A stretch of 64,000 nt of DNA from the human T2T-CHM13v2.0 reference genome, Homo sapiens (GCF_009914755.1 NC_060929.1); one strand, 5' to 3'. Counted from the stretch's first letter, positions 45,354 through 59,856 are shown. A program made the numbers and translations. The notes: generated by a model from the sequence alone, not told the origin.

Positions 45354-45673
45354 TCTCATGGCTATCATAATATCTGGTTTCAATTGATATTAAGCAATGG
45401 ATGAGTTCTCTGTTGTTTTTAAACTTTTATATCTTTTAGTTTTGCTTACTCAACTTGCAGATTGACAAATATTTCATATATTATTTTAATTTTCTTTTTG
45501 GTGTGAATCTTTATTTGTCCTAATTTTTTCTTGTTCCTCATCTTGGTGCCTACGTAGTCTTTGTTCTTAATGCACAAGAAATCCAAGTTCCTTATTGATA
45601 AAAAAGTTAAAAAGCAACAGAGAACTCATCCATTGCTTAATATCAATTGAAACCAGATATGATAGTCATGAGA
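45354..45673. repeat. Long inverted repeat (arms 45354-45433 and 45597-45673)
   Basis: 46-bp perfect reverse-complement core 45370-45415 / 45615-45660; 163-bp spacer. Confidence 0.95.
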
Positions 45674-46052
45674 ATGTAAAACAAGAAAAAAACCTTCTGT
45701 AAATTATAGTTTGATTGTCACAGTTATATTATGTGGATAAACAAAAGGTTTATAACAAGGCATTAAATAAACAATACTTAGTTTATAAGGCTCACTCATT
45801 CTCTGGGCAGCTAGTCACTGTCTCAAATTTCACTCATATAGTAATTGTTTAATCCAAAGTGAAAGTCCAACAGATAATAAACACACCCTGGAAGGATAAT
45901 GGATGCTAAAATCTAAGCACACTATGATAAAATGTCATCTATATTTAAAGTAGATGGTTAAAAATGACCAGAAAGAAAATATTCAATGAAAAAAGTGGAA
46001 AATGACCAGATTGCATATTGAAAACATTTTTGCAGAAACAGATTGTCTAAAC

Positions 46053-46410
46053 CAGAAGTCCCCAACCTTTTTGGCACCAGGAACCGGTTTCATTGAAAAC
46101 AATTTTTCCATGACAGGAGGGGCAGGGGATGGTTTCAGGATGAAACTGTTCCACCTCAGATCATTAGGCATTAGATTCTCATAAGGAGCGTACAACCTAG
46201 ATCCCTCATATGCAAAGTTCACAATAGGGTTCACACTCTTACGAGAATCTAATGCCACTGCTGATCTGACAGGAGCCAAGCTCAGGCAGTACTGCTTACT
46301 CGCCCCCACTCACCTCCTGCTGTGTGGCCCAGTTCCTAACAGGCCATGGACCAGCAGGGGGTTGGGGACTCCCAGTTCAGATCAAGGGTTTGCAGCCTGG
46401 GGGTTGGGGA
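46053..46410. mobile_element. MER1B-like hAT-Charlie MITE
   Basis: ccccaacctttttggcaccagg ... gggggttgggga; flanks gtctaaac / tctaaac. Confidence 0.88.
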
Positions 46411-47318
46411 TCTAAACCATGATTTATTCAAATATAAAAAAATCAAATTCAAACTCTCTCTCTAAATACCTGCTTGGCATCTCACCCCCTAACCTGTTTT
46501 ATACCAAAAAACTTCAATCACAAGATGGGGTTGGCAGTATTTCAGAAATGCTTTTCAACAGTACAACAACCTTTTTTTAGAAACTAGGATTAGCTTAACA
46601 CAAATATGGGTATGTAAAAGTAGGCACTGAGTTATGCAATATTTATTCAAGTGGAATTCTTCCAATATTTTCTGGAAGAGAGTTACTTTTCAATAATGCT
46701 GTTCTGTGGACCAACATCTTAGAGAAGAGTGTTCATCTTTTTTAAAAATAAGTGTTCTTATGTATAAAAAATGCATAAGTGTGTAAAAGTAAGATACATA
46801 TTAGATTTTCTATGTAATCGATGATTAATTTCAGCAAATTTTATTTGAAAATTTTAAAATTAGGATTTTTTTCTATGAAAGTTCTCTCCATTCGTTTTTA
46901 TTTCCATTTTTTAAATCCTGACAAAAATGACCATACTCGGATCTACATGCTTCTAACTTTTCTCCTTTAGTTCATTATTAACAAGCTTGTTACTTGTCAA
47001 GAGTGAACTATCTCCCTCTGCATTCGTCTGCTCAGTAAACCATCTCCATTACTGTCTCCATCTCTTCACTTGTCTATTCTTTATTTCCATCTTGAGCCTA
47101 TTCATTCTGGTCTCTAACCTGATGGTGGAATGGAACTGTATGTTCTTCCCACTCATCCACCATTACACATAGCTCTAAACTTGTCTGTTTTCCTGAGTGC
47201 TCAGTAGCTGTCCTTTCTTTTTCCTCTGGACTTCTGAAATCTGACCATTGTCTGAAATTCAGTCTATAGCCCATTGGTCATCTCTTCATAAAGTCTTCTT
47301 TCTCAAGAACTCATTCAT

Positions 47319-47593
47319 GGCCTGCCATGGTGGTTCACACCCGTAATCCCAGCATCTCGGGAGGCTGAGATGGGAAGATCACTTGAGCCAAGGCATTCAA
47401 GACCAGGCTAGGTAACATAGGGAGACTCTATCTCTACAATGTTTTTTAAAAAAAAATTAGCCAAGAGTGGTGGCACGTATCTGTGGTCCTAGCTACTCAG
47501 GAGGCTGAGGTGGGAGGATCGTTTGAGCCCTAGAGGTCAAGGCTGCTGTGAGCTGTGATCGTGCCACTGAACTCACTTCTCAAAGAAAAAAAA
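47319..47593 (+). mobile_element. AluJ
   Basis: gatcacttgagcc, gaggtcaaggctgc; TSD aagaactcattcat / aagaactcatttat. Confidence 0.92.
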
Positions 47594-47698
47594 AAGAACT
47601 CATTTATCCTCAAGGTTTCAACTGTCACTTGATTCCTGCATCTTAGCTCCAATTGCCTACTGGGCATCCCACTAAAGTTATGGCCTCATCTAGGATAG

Positions 47699-48087
<389 letters not shown>

Positions 48088-48199
48088 TCTTATATTGATT
48101 CTATCTCTCAAATCTATCTTTTCACTTCTCTTTGCAATTACTGTTCTTAGGCTATGGCTTCATTATCACATTGATTTCTCCCTCCCCTGGTCTGACATT

Positions 48200-48755
48200 A
48201 GTCTTTCAAAATAAGGCTAAGACATAGGCTTGCATATTGGTAGTTTATTTGGGCAATAATCCCAAGAAGCATAACTGACATAAGAGAGTAGGACAGAGAA
48301 GGAGGGAGAATGAGTTCAAAAATGCCTTATTGAATTGGCCACCACTATGGGTAACTGATGCTAGGTCTCACCAGGATCTTATAATGAGTCTTACGAAATT
48401 CATCTCAGAAAATCCACCTGAGAGGTGAAAAGAAAAAATATTTATTTATGAGTTCTTGGCCTCCATTGATTAAAGATGACCCTACTGGCAATACCTCCCC
48501 TGCACTTCCTGATTGCACATGTGTGTGTCTGAGCGTTCTTCTGGCCTCCACCACGGCATTAGAGAAGTTCTGCACAGGCAAGAGACAAGCAAATAAAAAA
48601 CAAAGACATGGGAAGTTGTAGGTAAATGTTTGGGGCTTAGGTGACTGTTGTCCAGTTGTATCAACAAGATGCTGGTCCAAACCTATTATAGCAGCTTCTA
48701 GAGCAAGACATGGCAGAAAGAGGACTTGACTGGTTCATAAAAGGCATTTAATACA
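48200..48755 (-). mobile_element. LTR16-family ERVL LTR
   Basis: gtagtttatttgggcaataatcccaagaagca ... cctcccctgcacttcctg. Confidence 0.55.
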
Positions 48756-51700
48756 CCTTTTATTTAGTTTGTTGTGTGGGTCTCTTGTTTCTTCAGCAGG
48801 ACTCTAAATGTCTCAGTGACATATATCCATTCAGTAGAATTAAGACACTTGCTAAACGAATCATTCAATCATTCACATTCAATTTTCTCATGATGTTAAA
48901 ATCTTAAATATTTCCAGTTCTATTTTCTCAATAAATTGCCTAATTTAGTAAAATTCATGTCATATAGTTAACTCTCTGGAATTTTACCAACAACTACCAC
49001 CAGCCCTCTCTGGATCTGCTCCCAGTATTGATGTCAAAGCATTCCCACCCACTATTATTAAAGCTTATATTTTGAACTCTTTTCTCCTGATTATATTGTG
49101 TTTCATGTTTCTATTACATCGTTTTCCTCAAGACCATGGAACCTCTGTGTAGGAAGTTTGACCAGTTTAGCAACACAGTCACTGGCTAAAAAAAAATAAA
49201 GAAGGTGAATGGACTATCTAAGTTTGGAACACTGGGCTCATTAGCCCTCATAGTCCAGCCATCTAAGCTAGACTATATTTTGAAATCTTCCATCTGTAGA
49301 TTAAGATCAAATTGTTCCAGTAACTTTAAGGTTGCTTTTCATTACATTTACTTATCTTTACACCCTACAGCTTAGATAGACATTTTTTTTTTGCATTCTC
49401 TTCTCTAATCTATTCCATCAAGATAGTTCAGAAAAACTGTAGCAATTCATATTAGTTCAGGTTAGATGATGACACTCAGGCTGTATTTATGTCCTACATG
49501 CAAATAGTGTTTATTTTGAGAATGTTCTAAAAATGAGAAGGGGAAAATAAATTCACCTTCTTTATCCTTTGGGTACAATATAACATCCACAGAACTTATC
49601 AAGCTCTTTACTTATCATCAGGGGTTTTCAAATGTTGAAGATAAAGTTTTCAGAATACCTCCCTTAAAGGAAATTTGGGGAGTCATTTAGACCTAAAATA
49701 AATGCGCTTATTGTTTTTAAAGACACTAGGAAAAAAGTTAGAGAATTTGAAAAATATACTCATTCATTTAACAAATATTCACTAAGCATTCTATTCTGAA
49801 AAAGAATATAAGTCCTTGTTTATCACTTTAAAAAATCTTTATTTTCCCACTTATAGAACATTAAATACATTTTCTGCAAAACAAACAAACTAAAAACTTG
49901 GAAAATATAAAAGCACCTTTAATCACACCACTCAAAGGAATACTGTTAACCTCCAATGGATGTCTCCATTGCTTCTTCAGTAGAATCCCCCCAAAAATGT
50001 TTTTATGGGTTGAAAGCATTAAAAAGAGTCTCTATTTGGGTAGACTCATTTCTAGGTAGTGAGATTGTATCTTACTCTTCATGGTATCAACCCCAAGAGC
50101 TGACACATACTATGTGCTAATAAAAATGTTTAGGGGATAGTTCATCAGTCTTATTAGAAATCAGACAAAATCAAAATATATTACCAAATGAACTCAATTC
50201 CCCATAGTACCTGCTGTGAAGCAGGACATTTAGAATGCTTAGTCTCATTAACTAATTCTAATTACAAGTAGATGTGCACCTATCTTGAATAGAGTTTCTC
50301 TATGTTTATCACAAGATGATAAACTTTGGTGTTTTATTAGGAATGATATTTGGTGGCACAGGCAAGAAAAGTCCATCCTTATCTGGTTATTGAAAATCAG
50401 GAATATGCTATCATTTGGAGTACAAATGGTAGCAACAGTCTAAAATTCTCTGCACCACTTTGTTTCACACCAACCAGAGGAATAAGGCAAAGACTGATTG
50501 ACAAATGTCAGTAACTCATTTTTCACATATGACAAAAAGTGACTAAACTGATAAAATTATCATTTCAATGTTCTTGCCAGAAGGCTCAAGTAATTAGCAA
50601 AACTAACCAGCAAAAAAAGAGAGCAAAGCCCATTATTTTTCTTATGTTTAGAAATTACATAAGTACTTTCCTTCAAAAATAAAGGTTTTCCAGCCGGTAT
50701 CTGTCTGCTGGATATAAACAATTAGCCTGTTTTAATATGGAATTTTCCCTTTTATTTTTAGTATTAGAAGGGAGATTCTAATAAATCTATGAGGAGGAGC
50801 ATCACCCCTTATTTGTAACCTCAGGACATAAAACAAATATTTCCGACCCCCTTCAAAGTGTGGAGATGGGTCCCATATTTGTAAAACTAAGTTCTTTTTA
50901 CCTTTAAGGAAATGAAATCAGCTTTTAGTCTGCCAGTGTTTTTGCTACAGTTTTAATATGCAGTCAAACTTTATTATGAAAGCCTACAGCAGATATTTGG
51001 AGCTAAGAGACAAAAAAAGTAACATGTCTAGCATGGGAGACCTGGGGAAAATGGACGGTGGTGCCATTTACTGAAATGGGAAAGGCAGAAAAGCAGGTTT
51101 GGGGAAGCTGGAGAGGAGTTCTGTGTGGCTCCTTGGCGTCTGTGGTAACAGAATTCAATCTTGGTTGAGTCTGTGGCACTGGTTTGTTTAACTGAGCTTC
51201 TGCCTTGGTCCTGTTTTTCATTCTATTCCGATACCCCAAGAGAAATGAATCTTGCCTCACCTTTGCCAGGCCTCCTTACTGGGCTCTTGCCTCACCTCTC
51301 CCCTTGAATAGCAGGCCAGTAGAGACAGGCCATCCAGGTGTCACTTCTGATCAGGCTTTCAAGGTTAGCTACCTGCCTTACCTAGAGTTCATGAGACCCT
51401 TTTATGTCAAACTCTCTTTGCTAAGATATGGATCATCAGTCATTCAGAAGTCAGGCCCCTTCCTGACTTGTCTGTCTTGTGGACAATTGGCTTTATCCCA
51501 GTGAGTTCTGAGAGAGACAGTTGTTCAATTAAGAGAACAGATTTTTCAGACTATTAATCTGTTAGCTGGAGAAAATAAGGTGCTATGGGACAAATGGTTA
51601 GTTGTGTATAATACGTGAACCTAGGAATAATCATCAGGCTCTTGAAGACCTCATCAAGCCAGGAAATATATGCTAGTTAGCTTCAGTGGTCTTCAAGAAG

Positions 51701-52836
51701 AGGCTCTGCAGCTTTAAGTAATGTATCTCAAAGCTTGCAAAGGCATTTTTTTCCAAAATAAGCCTTAAAATTATAAGTATGGAGTTAGAGTCACCATGTA
51801 TATTTGAATTGTACAGTGAACCACTGGGATAATTCAGGCTGAGTCCATAACCTCTTAATTATCTTTGATAGTTTAGAAAAATTTGTGCTTCCTATCCTGA
51901 ATTACCAGTTAATTACAGCTGTAAACCTTACCTACTGTCTTTTATTGTAAATGATGTTCTAATTTGAGTTGGCACTCTTTTAAATGACATTTTAGGGTTC
52001 AACGTCTTTCCTAGGAGATAGAGAAAACTTAAGAAAAAGGTCTTCTAGAACCCCAAGTCTTGAAATAGCTGCCAGTAAACCAGGAACAAATTCCATATCA
52101 AAAAGAGCCTAAAGTTCATCTCTATTCTGATACACATAGTCACAATTCTAATTTTCTAGTATGAAAAACTTAATCAAATGAGGAAATATCCTGGTTTTAA
52201 AATGAATTGATGGTTTGTTTAATTAAAAATATTAAAATTTTTTATAATAATCATATTTCCCAAGGCTGCCAAACTAGTTCCTTCTTCCATATTGTGCCAA
52301 GCTATTTGGCCAGCTACATGGACAGTGACCTTATTTTATTCAAGTATACTACAGAATCAGTGAGTGGTTTTCAGCTCTAAATTTACTCCCTCTGGTGATC
52401 CTGCTAATTATAAACTTACTAGCCTTCAGGGAATGGTATTAAATATTTTCCTCTTTTGGCAACTTAGTCTCTGAATTCTAAATCGAATGATGCTTTCATG
52501 TCAAATGACCCATTCGAGTGTTTTTTAAATGTATTTTCATAAGATGCAGCATATATTTTTAGCAACTAGTAAATAATTATATTAATATACTTATACCAAT
52601 TGTTTAAATCATAATGAAACACTTACTGACAAATAAAATAGCAATTACTGATATAAAATGGGGAAATAATTTTACTCTCCTGCATTTGTACAGAGAACAT
52701 TTGAGTAACAGTTTTCCCAAGCAAAGTAAACCAAATATTTATCTGGTGGATTTAGGCAGCAGAACACAACACAGAGAGTTTACATGTTTCAAGAAGTTAC
52801 ATACCTCCTGCAAGCGATATAACCTAATATCCAAAT

Positions 52837-53181
52837 TATCTTAGTCAATTTGAGCTTCTATAACAAAGTACTATAAACTGGGTGACATAAACAATAGAAA
52901 TTTATTTCTCACAGTTCTGGAGACTGAAGTCTGAGTTCACGGTGCTAGAACGGTGAGGGACTGGTGAGGGTCCTCTTCTGGTTGCAGACTGCCAGCTTCC
53001 CATTGCACCCTCATATGGTGGAAAGACAGCTAGCTAGCTCTCTGGTCTCTTCTTTTAAGAGCACTAATCCCATTCATGAGGGCTCCACTGTCCAAAGGCC
53101 CTTCCATCAACTACTATCACATTGGGATTATAGTTTCAACATACGAAATTTGGGAAGCACACAAGCATTCACTCCATTGCA
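52837..53181 (-). mobile_element. MLT1A-like LTR
   Basis: aacaatagaaatttatttctcacagttctggagactg ... ctaatcccattcatgagggctcc ... tttcaacatacgaaatttggg. Confidence 0.85.
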
Positions 53182-53883
53182 CAAATCTTCTGACCCATCC
53201 TAAACTTATTAGGATTTTTCTCATTCCAGTTACAGAAATCTCATTTGAAAGTCCATAACATTATTAAGTAGCAAAAAATGATGATATCCATCCATAAGAT
53301 TCATTTTCCCCACTGGCCCTTAGTGGTCCTTTAAATACTAAACATTTATAAACAATTGATGACATGAGAGGATTCCACAAGCAAAGATTTCACTCTTTTG
53401 TTTCACCTCTGATAGGCAAAAAGCCAAATGAGGTGAAGTGGATATAGGTTTAAAAAGAGACTTGAGTGACATCCCAGGGTACTGAAAGGGAATGAAGAGA
53501 AACTTAGGAAAGGTAGAAACAGATCTCAGCAGATGTTAATTTTCTTGAGTTGCTCAAATTATTTAGGACAACTGCAATGAATTCTAAGTCAACAGTCAGG
53601 AAGAAATTGATTTGGAAAAGTTAGATGGGGAGTTTAATTGAATATGAGAAAAAGCAATGAATCAGCACTTGGGTAACTGCATAGGAAATGCTGACCCAGG
53701 AATTAAGCAGACTGGCTGATCTGTAAAATGGATCAATGTTAGAAATAAAAATCACCATAATTTCCCATCTGCTACTGGCATCAAGGCAGAAAGACTAGTT
53801 TTCAAATAATAATAAAAGCAAATATTTATGGAGTGCTAACTTAACAGTTTTGCCATATTACCTTAGTTATTCTCACAACAACC

Positions 53884-54362
53884 TGTGGGAACTCACTGAG
53901 ACCCCCAGAGTTGATATAAAGATTATTCTAAAGACATTTGAAATTCAACAGATGCAGAAAAAAGCCTTCTCAGAACTTACCTTATCTCACTAAATGCAGA
54001 AACTACTGGGAGTGAGGCTGCCATAAATCTCTTCTGGAGAATTTTACTGGCCATAAAGAAGACAGAGAAGACCGCTTGCACCTGCATAAACAAACATTAT
54101 CACAAACCTTCTTCTTTTTCATTTCTTCCCCTAAATACTCATTTGTTCTTCCCTACATAGAGGGCTTTACTCCCCCCTTCTTCTCCCCCATTAAGTAACC
54201 TCTCCCCTATTAGGTATATAAACCCCCATCTTTAGTTGTTTAGAGTCACATTTTTCTGTGTGCTCCTGCGTGAATAAAAATCTATGTTTTGTCTAAGTTT
54301 AATTCCCAGGCCCTCAAGAACTGAACCTAAGAGGGTAGAGGAAAAGATTTTCCTCTCCAACA
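53884..54362 (+). mobile_element. MER34-family ERV1 solo LTR inserted in a MIR
   Basis: TG...CA ends, tatataa, aataaa, gaacctaagagggtagaggaaaagattttcctc. Confidence 0.7.
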
Positions 54363-54486
54363 AACATTACTTACAAAGGTAAGTAATTTCATCTTCATTA
54401 AAAACATGAGAAAACTTAGACTCAAAGAAGTTATAAAATTTGCCCAAGTTCATTAAACCAGAGGAATGAGGATTCAAATCAGGTTA

Positions 54487-54816
<330 letters not shown>

Positions 54817-55709
54817 CTAGTATCACTTCATTAAATTGTTCTTACATGGTCTAGAGGCTTTAGCAGCCCATGCAAATGGGCAGATCTTAAAAGTGATTCT
54901 TCTTAGTCCTTACCATCAGGTGTCCTAATTCTGAATGTTTTGGTATTTACCAGGAGGGACATTATTTGGGTGACTGCAAAGTTTACCTAAATTATTTGGT
55001 AAAAGCAAAGATAAATGAAGCATTTGACTTTATTTTACTTCCTTCACAAGCCAGTTTCTAAGGTTGGTATGTTTAATTCATTGGAAAAAATTTCTTACAT
55101 ACAACTGAAAACTGACTCAAGGTAAAAGAATCCAGCATGAATAAGACTTGTAATTTCTCACAGTCAGTAATGAGGAAATTGAACAGGCAATAAACAGGAC
55201 ATTTACCAACCAGAAACCAATGCCGTTGAACTCCCAAACATGTTCCAACTTTGCACAGCTGAAGAAACAGCCACTGAATTGTCATTACTAGCAGCCATGA
55301 AGGAAGAAGACAGCCAGCCAAGATCATGGTGAATCGACTGCAGTTCAAAGGATACGTAGTAAAGGAGTAAGCTGGGGATGCAGGTGAAAGGGAAGTAGGA
55401 TGGGGGTGTAAAGGTAAAAAGAACGTCTCTGTGATAGACATAGACAGGAAAGCAAGCACTGAAGTAGGCAGCACCACAGAGCTGTGTTAAAGACACCAAG
55501 ACAGATATTACTACCTCCCTCCAGTTAAAATAATCAAGATGAATTAACATGCATAGATTTCCTGGATATTTTTGAGAAAAAAAACAAGATATAAATCAAT
55601 ACGTGTAACATTTTTGCTTTTAAAAGTCCACAAAATGGTATATATTTCCCAGGGATATACACATATAAATGTCCATCTATATTTCCACAATAAAAAGACT
55701 GGAACCATA

Positions 55710-56147
55710 CCATGGAAATAAACAGAGACCACCCAAAATGAGAACAATCAGAGGCTATTTATTCATTGCTTACTAAAACAAGGGAGTCAAACACCATCGC
55801 TTGTGTTTGGCAGATACTCACAGGCAGCCAAAGCAGAAATGAAAAGCTTTATAGTGAAAAGAGGGAAGATTCACAAATGCTACAATTGGAAACTTGGTTT
55901 GGGAAGCTAGAGGTGGGTAATTACAAGTGAGCCATCTTATGTGATTGGTTTGGGGAGTACATTTGGCTTTGTCTGGTTGGTCCTGAGTTAAAAGCTGACA
56001 GTCATTGACCAAGCACTGACACTTCAGAACCAATTGTATCAGAGCTTGTGGTTTGGCTTCCCAGGCTGGTTGCTGCAGAGGTTGTGTGTCCGAGTTCTAT
56101 TGACATATATGGTCTGGTCCTTGTCCGTTTGTATATTTAGTCTATCA
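55710..56147 (-). mobile_element. MER31-like ERV1 LTR nested in an L1ME fragment
   Basis: RC begins tgatagactaaatatacaaacggacaaggaccagaccatatatg. Confidence 0.55.
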
Positions 56148-56319
56148 GTATGCACCAAACTAACATTAGTGGTTACTACTGGCAAGATGGGAAGGGATAG
56201 GGTCAGCAAGTAATTTCATATTTTGTAATTCTAAATTTGTTTGTAAGGAGAATATATTTACTCATTTTTTTACTTGTATAATTTTGTAAAATTCTGAAGC
56301 AAAATGGCAGAAGATTGAT

Positions 56320-56495
56320 AGCTGTCATTCCTAATCCTCACAACACTGCAAGATGGGTTGTATTCTTATTTTACAGTGGAGGAAAGTGAGGCACTAACAG
56401 GTTAACCTGCTCAAGACCACACAGTTGATAAATAGCAAATGGAATTTAATTCCAGGCATATCTGATCCTAAAAGTTACTTTTCACTATGCCATGA
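56320..56495 (-). mobile_element. MIR
   Basis: aatcctcacaacactgcaag ... ttttacagtggaggaaagtgaggcact ... gctcaagaccacacag. Confidence 0.8.
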
Positions 56496-56541
56496 TCCTG
56501 CTTACAAATGTATAGTTATACTAACATTAAAAGAGAGAATG

Positions 56542-56812
56542 GGCTGGGCATGGTGGCTCACGCCTGTAATCCCAGCTCTTTGGGGGGCTGAGACAGGAGG
56601 ATCACTTGAGCTTGAGACCAGCCTGGGCAACAAAGTGAGATCCTGTCTCTACAAAAAATTTTTAAAAATTAGCTGGGTGTAGTGGTGCATGCCTGTGATC
56701 CCAGGTACTTGGGAGACTGAGGCAGGGGGATCACTTGAGCCTGCAGTAAGCCATGTTCACCTCACTGTACTCCAGCCTGGGTGACAGAGCAAGACCCGGT
56801 CTAAAAAAAAAA
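56542..56812 (+). mobile_element. AluJ with two internal deletions
   Basis: ggaggatcacttgagc in both arms, each followed by a gap relative to consensus. Confidence 0.9.
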
Positions 56813-57160
<348 letters not shown>

Positions 57161-57816
57161 TTAACCCAATATTGCATCTATTAGTACAATATTAGCATCT
57201 ATTTACTAAAGTGGTGTTAGAACTCAGAAATGGCTGTTGCCATTGCAAGTTGAGTTATCTGAAGTTACAGAACTTGACACGACATCACATGACAGTCCTG
57301 CCTGAAGTCTGATTCTTTGTACTTCCAGAAGGGTAGCTTTGGCTTTTGAGAAAGAGATAGCATTTAAAATGTAGTTATAACTAATGAGAAAGTAGGTATC
57401 TTTCAGAAAATTCCTTGTAGAGCACCATCTATCACCTATATTGTTGATAATGGTGTTGGCCAATTTCTAATCTAGGAAATGCTAATGAATCAATTTCCTA
57501 TAAGTTTAAAGCAGTTGTGTGAACCAGCTGATTGTTTTTCACGTGGTAATGTAGCTAACTTAACTTTGATTACCTTGGTGATCAAGAACTTGTAAAGGTA
57601 CCTCTAAATTAAGAAGGGCTAACCAATTGTTGCAGGATTAAACTCTTCTCTTTAAAATCTTTAATTGGAACCACAGGTTGTAATGATCTGTAATTTAAAA
57701 AACAACAGTTTTTATGTTGGGTAACTACAAAACTCACATGGAAAAACAGATTAATATCTATAAACATTTTTGCTATTTACTGCCCTAAATATTACCTCGA
57801 GATTTACATAGTAACT

Positions 57817-57998
57817 CAGGGCTTCTCAACACTGAAACAGCACATTAAAATCACCTGGAGAGCTTAAACAATAATATCAAGGCCCTCCTCCCTTCCTCCA
57901 AGATTCTGATTTAATTGGTCTAGGGAAGGTCTCTGCATCAGTATTTTTAAAAAGATCACTAATTGATTCTATAAGGCAGCCTAAGCTGAAAAGCACTG
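57817..57998. mobile_element. MER5-family MITE
   Basis: aatcacctggagagctt ... gattctgatttaattggtct ... gctgaaaagcactg. Confidence 0.75.
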
Positions 57999-58303
57999 CT
58001 ATAGATGAAGATGATAAAATGAAAAGGACTTCATGATGCGGTTCAGTTTGTTTACCAGCATCCATCCCTTTGGAGAATCATTATTTCCTATGCTGTGAGG
58101 TCCTGGTAAGGCTGACCCTGACTCTTCTCATCCATAGCGAGTCCTCATAGTGTGCACATGACCCAGTTCAGAGTAATGCTTTGTATATGTTGATGCTATA
58201 TAATTAGATACACATACATTTTATACCCTCATGGTGGCTTAGTATTTTTGTCATTATGAAGCATACATTTTATTTTTACAAATGCTTTTACCTTATAGTT
58301 TGC

Positions 58304-59215
58304 TGATATGGTTTGAATGTCCCTGCCAAAACTCATGTTGAAATTTAATTGCCATTGTGAAACTGCCTTTGCAAAAATTATAACTGAGAGAATTATGACA
58401 GTGAAAGAGATCTGAGCTAACCAACGCCATCTTGCCTTTAACCTCAAACTGTCCTTGATCATTCCTGGGTGTAGGCCAAGCTAACTTTGGGATAAATTTA
58501 ATTTATAGTTTAAATGAAAATAACACTTCCCCAAAACTAAACCACCTTTATAAAACTAATGAAAGGCCACCAGATTAGGAAGATGAGAGGGGCCTGAATC
58601 CTGCTAAAATACAGGTATAAATGATTACCAGCCATTATTCCAGAAGTCAAGAAATTTATTAACTTCTTCCATTACTCCTGTATTGATTTTTTGAGATGTC
58701 TTTTCAGGCTTTTGCACTTCTGACTACCAGATAGCCCCATCTGGACCTGCAATTCGGGATTCAACCAGTCATATGGCCCCCACACAGAAGCAGACACAGT
58801 GCAGGAGGGCTGCTTTCCACACCCCTATGATTGCATCTCCAACCAATCAGCATTTCCTAATCCCTAAACCCCTGCCTGTCAAACTATCCTCAAATAGCCT
58901 CCGAATTTTCAGGGAGGCTGATTTAAGTAATAATAAAATTCCTGCCTCCTGTTTAGCTTGATCTAACATGTATTAAACTCTCTATTACAATTCCCATGTC
59001 TTGATAATAGGCTCTATCTGGACAGCGGGCAAAATGAACCCACTGGGTAGTTACAATTGTAATAGTGTTATGAAGTGGGGTCTTTAAGAGGCGATTAGGT
59101 CAAGAGGGCAGAGCCCTTATGAATAGATCAAAGCCATTATGATGGGAGTGGGTTAGTTATCACTGGAGTGGGTTCCTAATAAAAGGATGAGTTTGGCCAG
59201 ATTTCCTCTCTGTCT
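58304..59215 (+). mobile_element. MST-family LTR fragment split by LTR8
   Basis: tgatatggtttgaatgtccc ... resumes taatagtgttatgaagtggggtctttaagaggcgattagg. Confidence 0.75.
58358..59055 (+). mobile_element. LTR8-family (A/B) ERV1 solo LTR
   Basis: tgaaactgcctttgcaaaaattataactgag start, gggtagttaca end; 4-bp TSD attg (58354-58357, 59056-59059). Confidence 0.88.
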
Positions 59216-59652
59216 GGAGTATCACAATTTAAACATCATGCTTGTAAACAGTACAGCATTGACTTTGTCACTTAATGAAGTATTTTCTTCTTTTACATTT
59301 AATGTAGTTATTGATATGTTTGTATTTAAATCTACCATTTTATGAAGTGCTTTCTGTTTATATTGTCTTCCTTTCTTGTTTTCTTTTTGGATGCAATTTT
59401 AATTGCATTTTGCCCTCTGAATTATCTTGAGGTTATATAAAAATCACTTAGGAAGATACTACTGTTTCTTTTTATTATCTAATTAATTTTGCAGTCATAT
59501 TTTATTTTCAAGCAGACATGCAACAATACGTGTTTCATTTTATTATAGTCATGAGAAAAGCATGTTTGAAAAGCAAGCCATTATAATTTTGAGAGAAGTT
59601 CTGGGGAACTTCCTGGGGGAGGTGAATAGTCATTTGATCCTGTGATCTACAT

Positions 59653-59835
59653 TAGAGGCTGGCAACCTATATCCCATGCACAAAATATAACCCAAAGACT
59701 GGTTTCAGATGGCCTGTAAGCTAAGAAAGGGCTTTACATTTTTAAAGGGTTGAAAAAAAATTAAAGAAACATATGTGACAGAGACCATGTATTATCGATC
59801 TGGCCCTGTACAGAAAAAGTTTGCTGATGACTCTC
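59653..59835. mobile_element. MER58-like hAT-Charlie MITE
   Basis: gctaagaaagggctttacatttttaaaggg ... atctggccctgtacagaaaaagtttgctga. Confidence 0.65.
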
Positions 59836-59856
59836 CTATATCATCTTGCCAAGACC

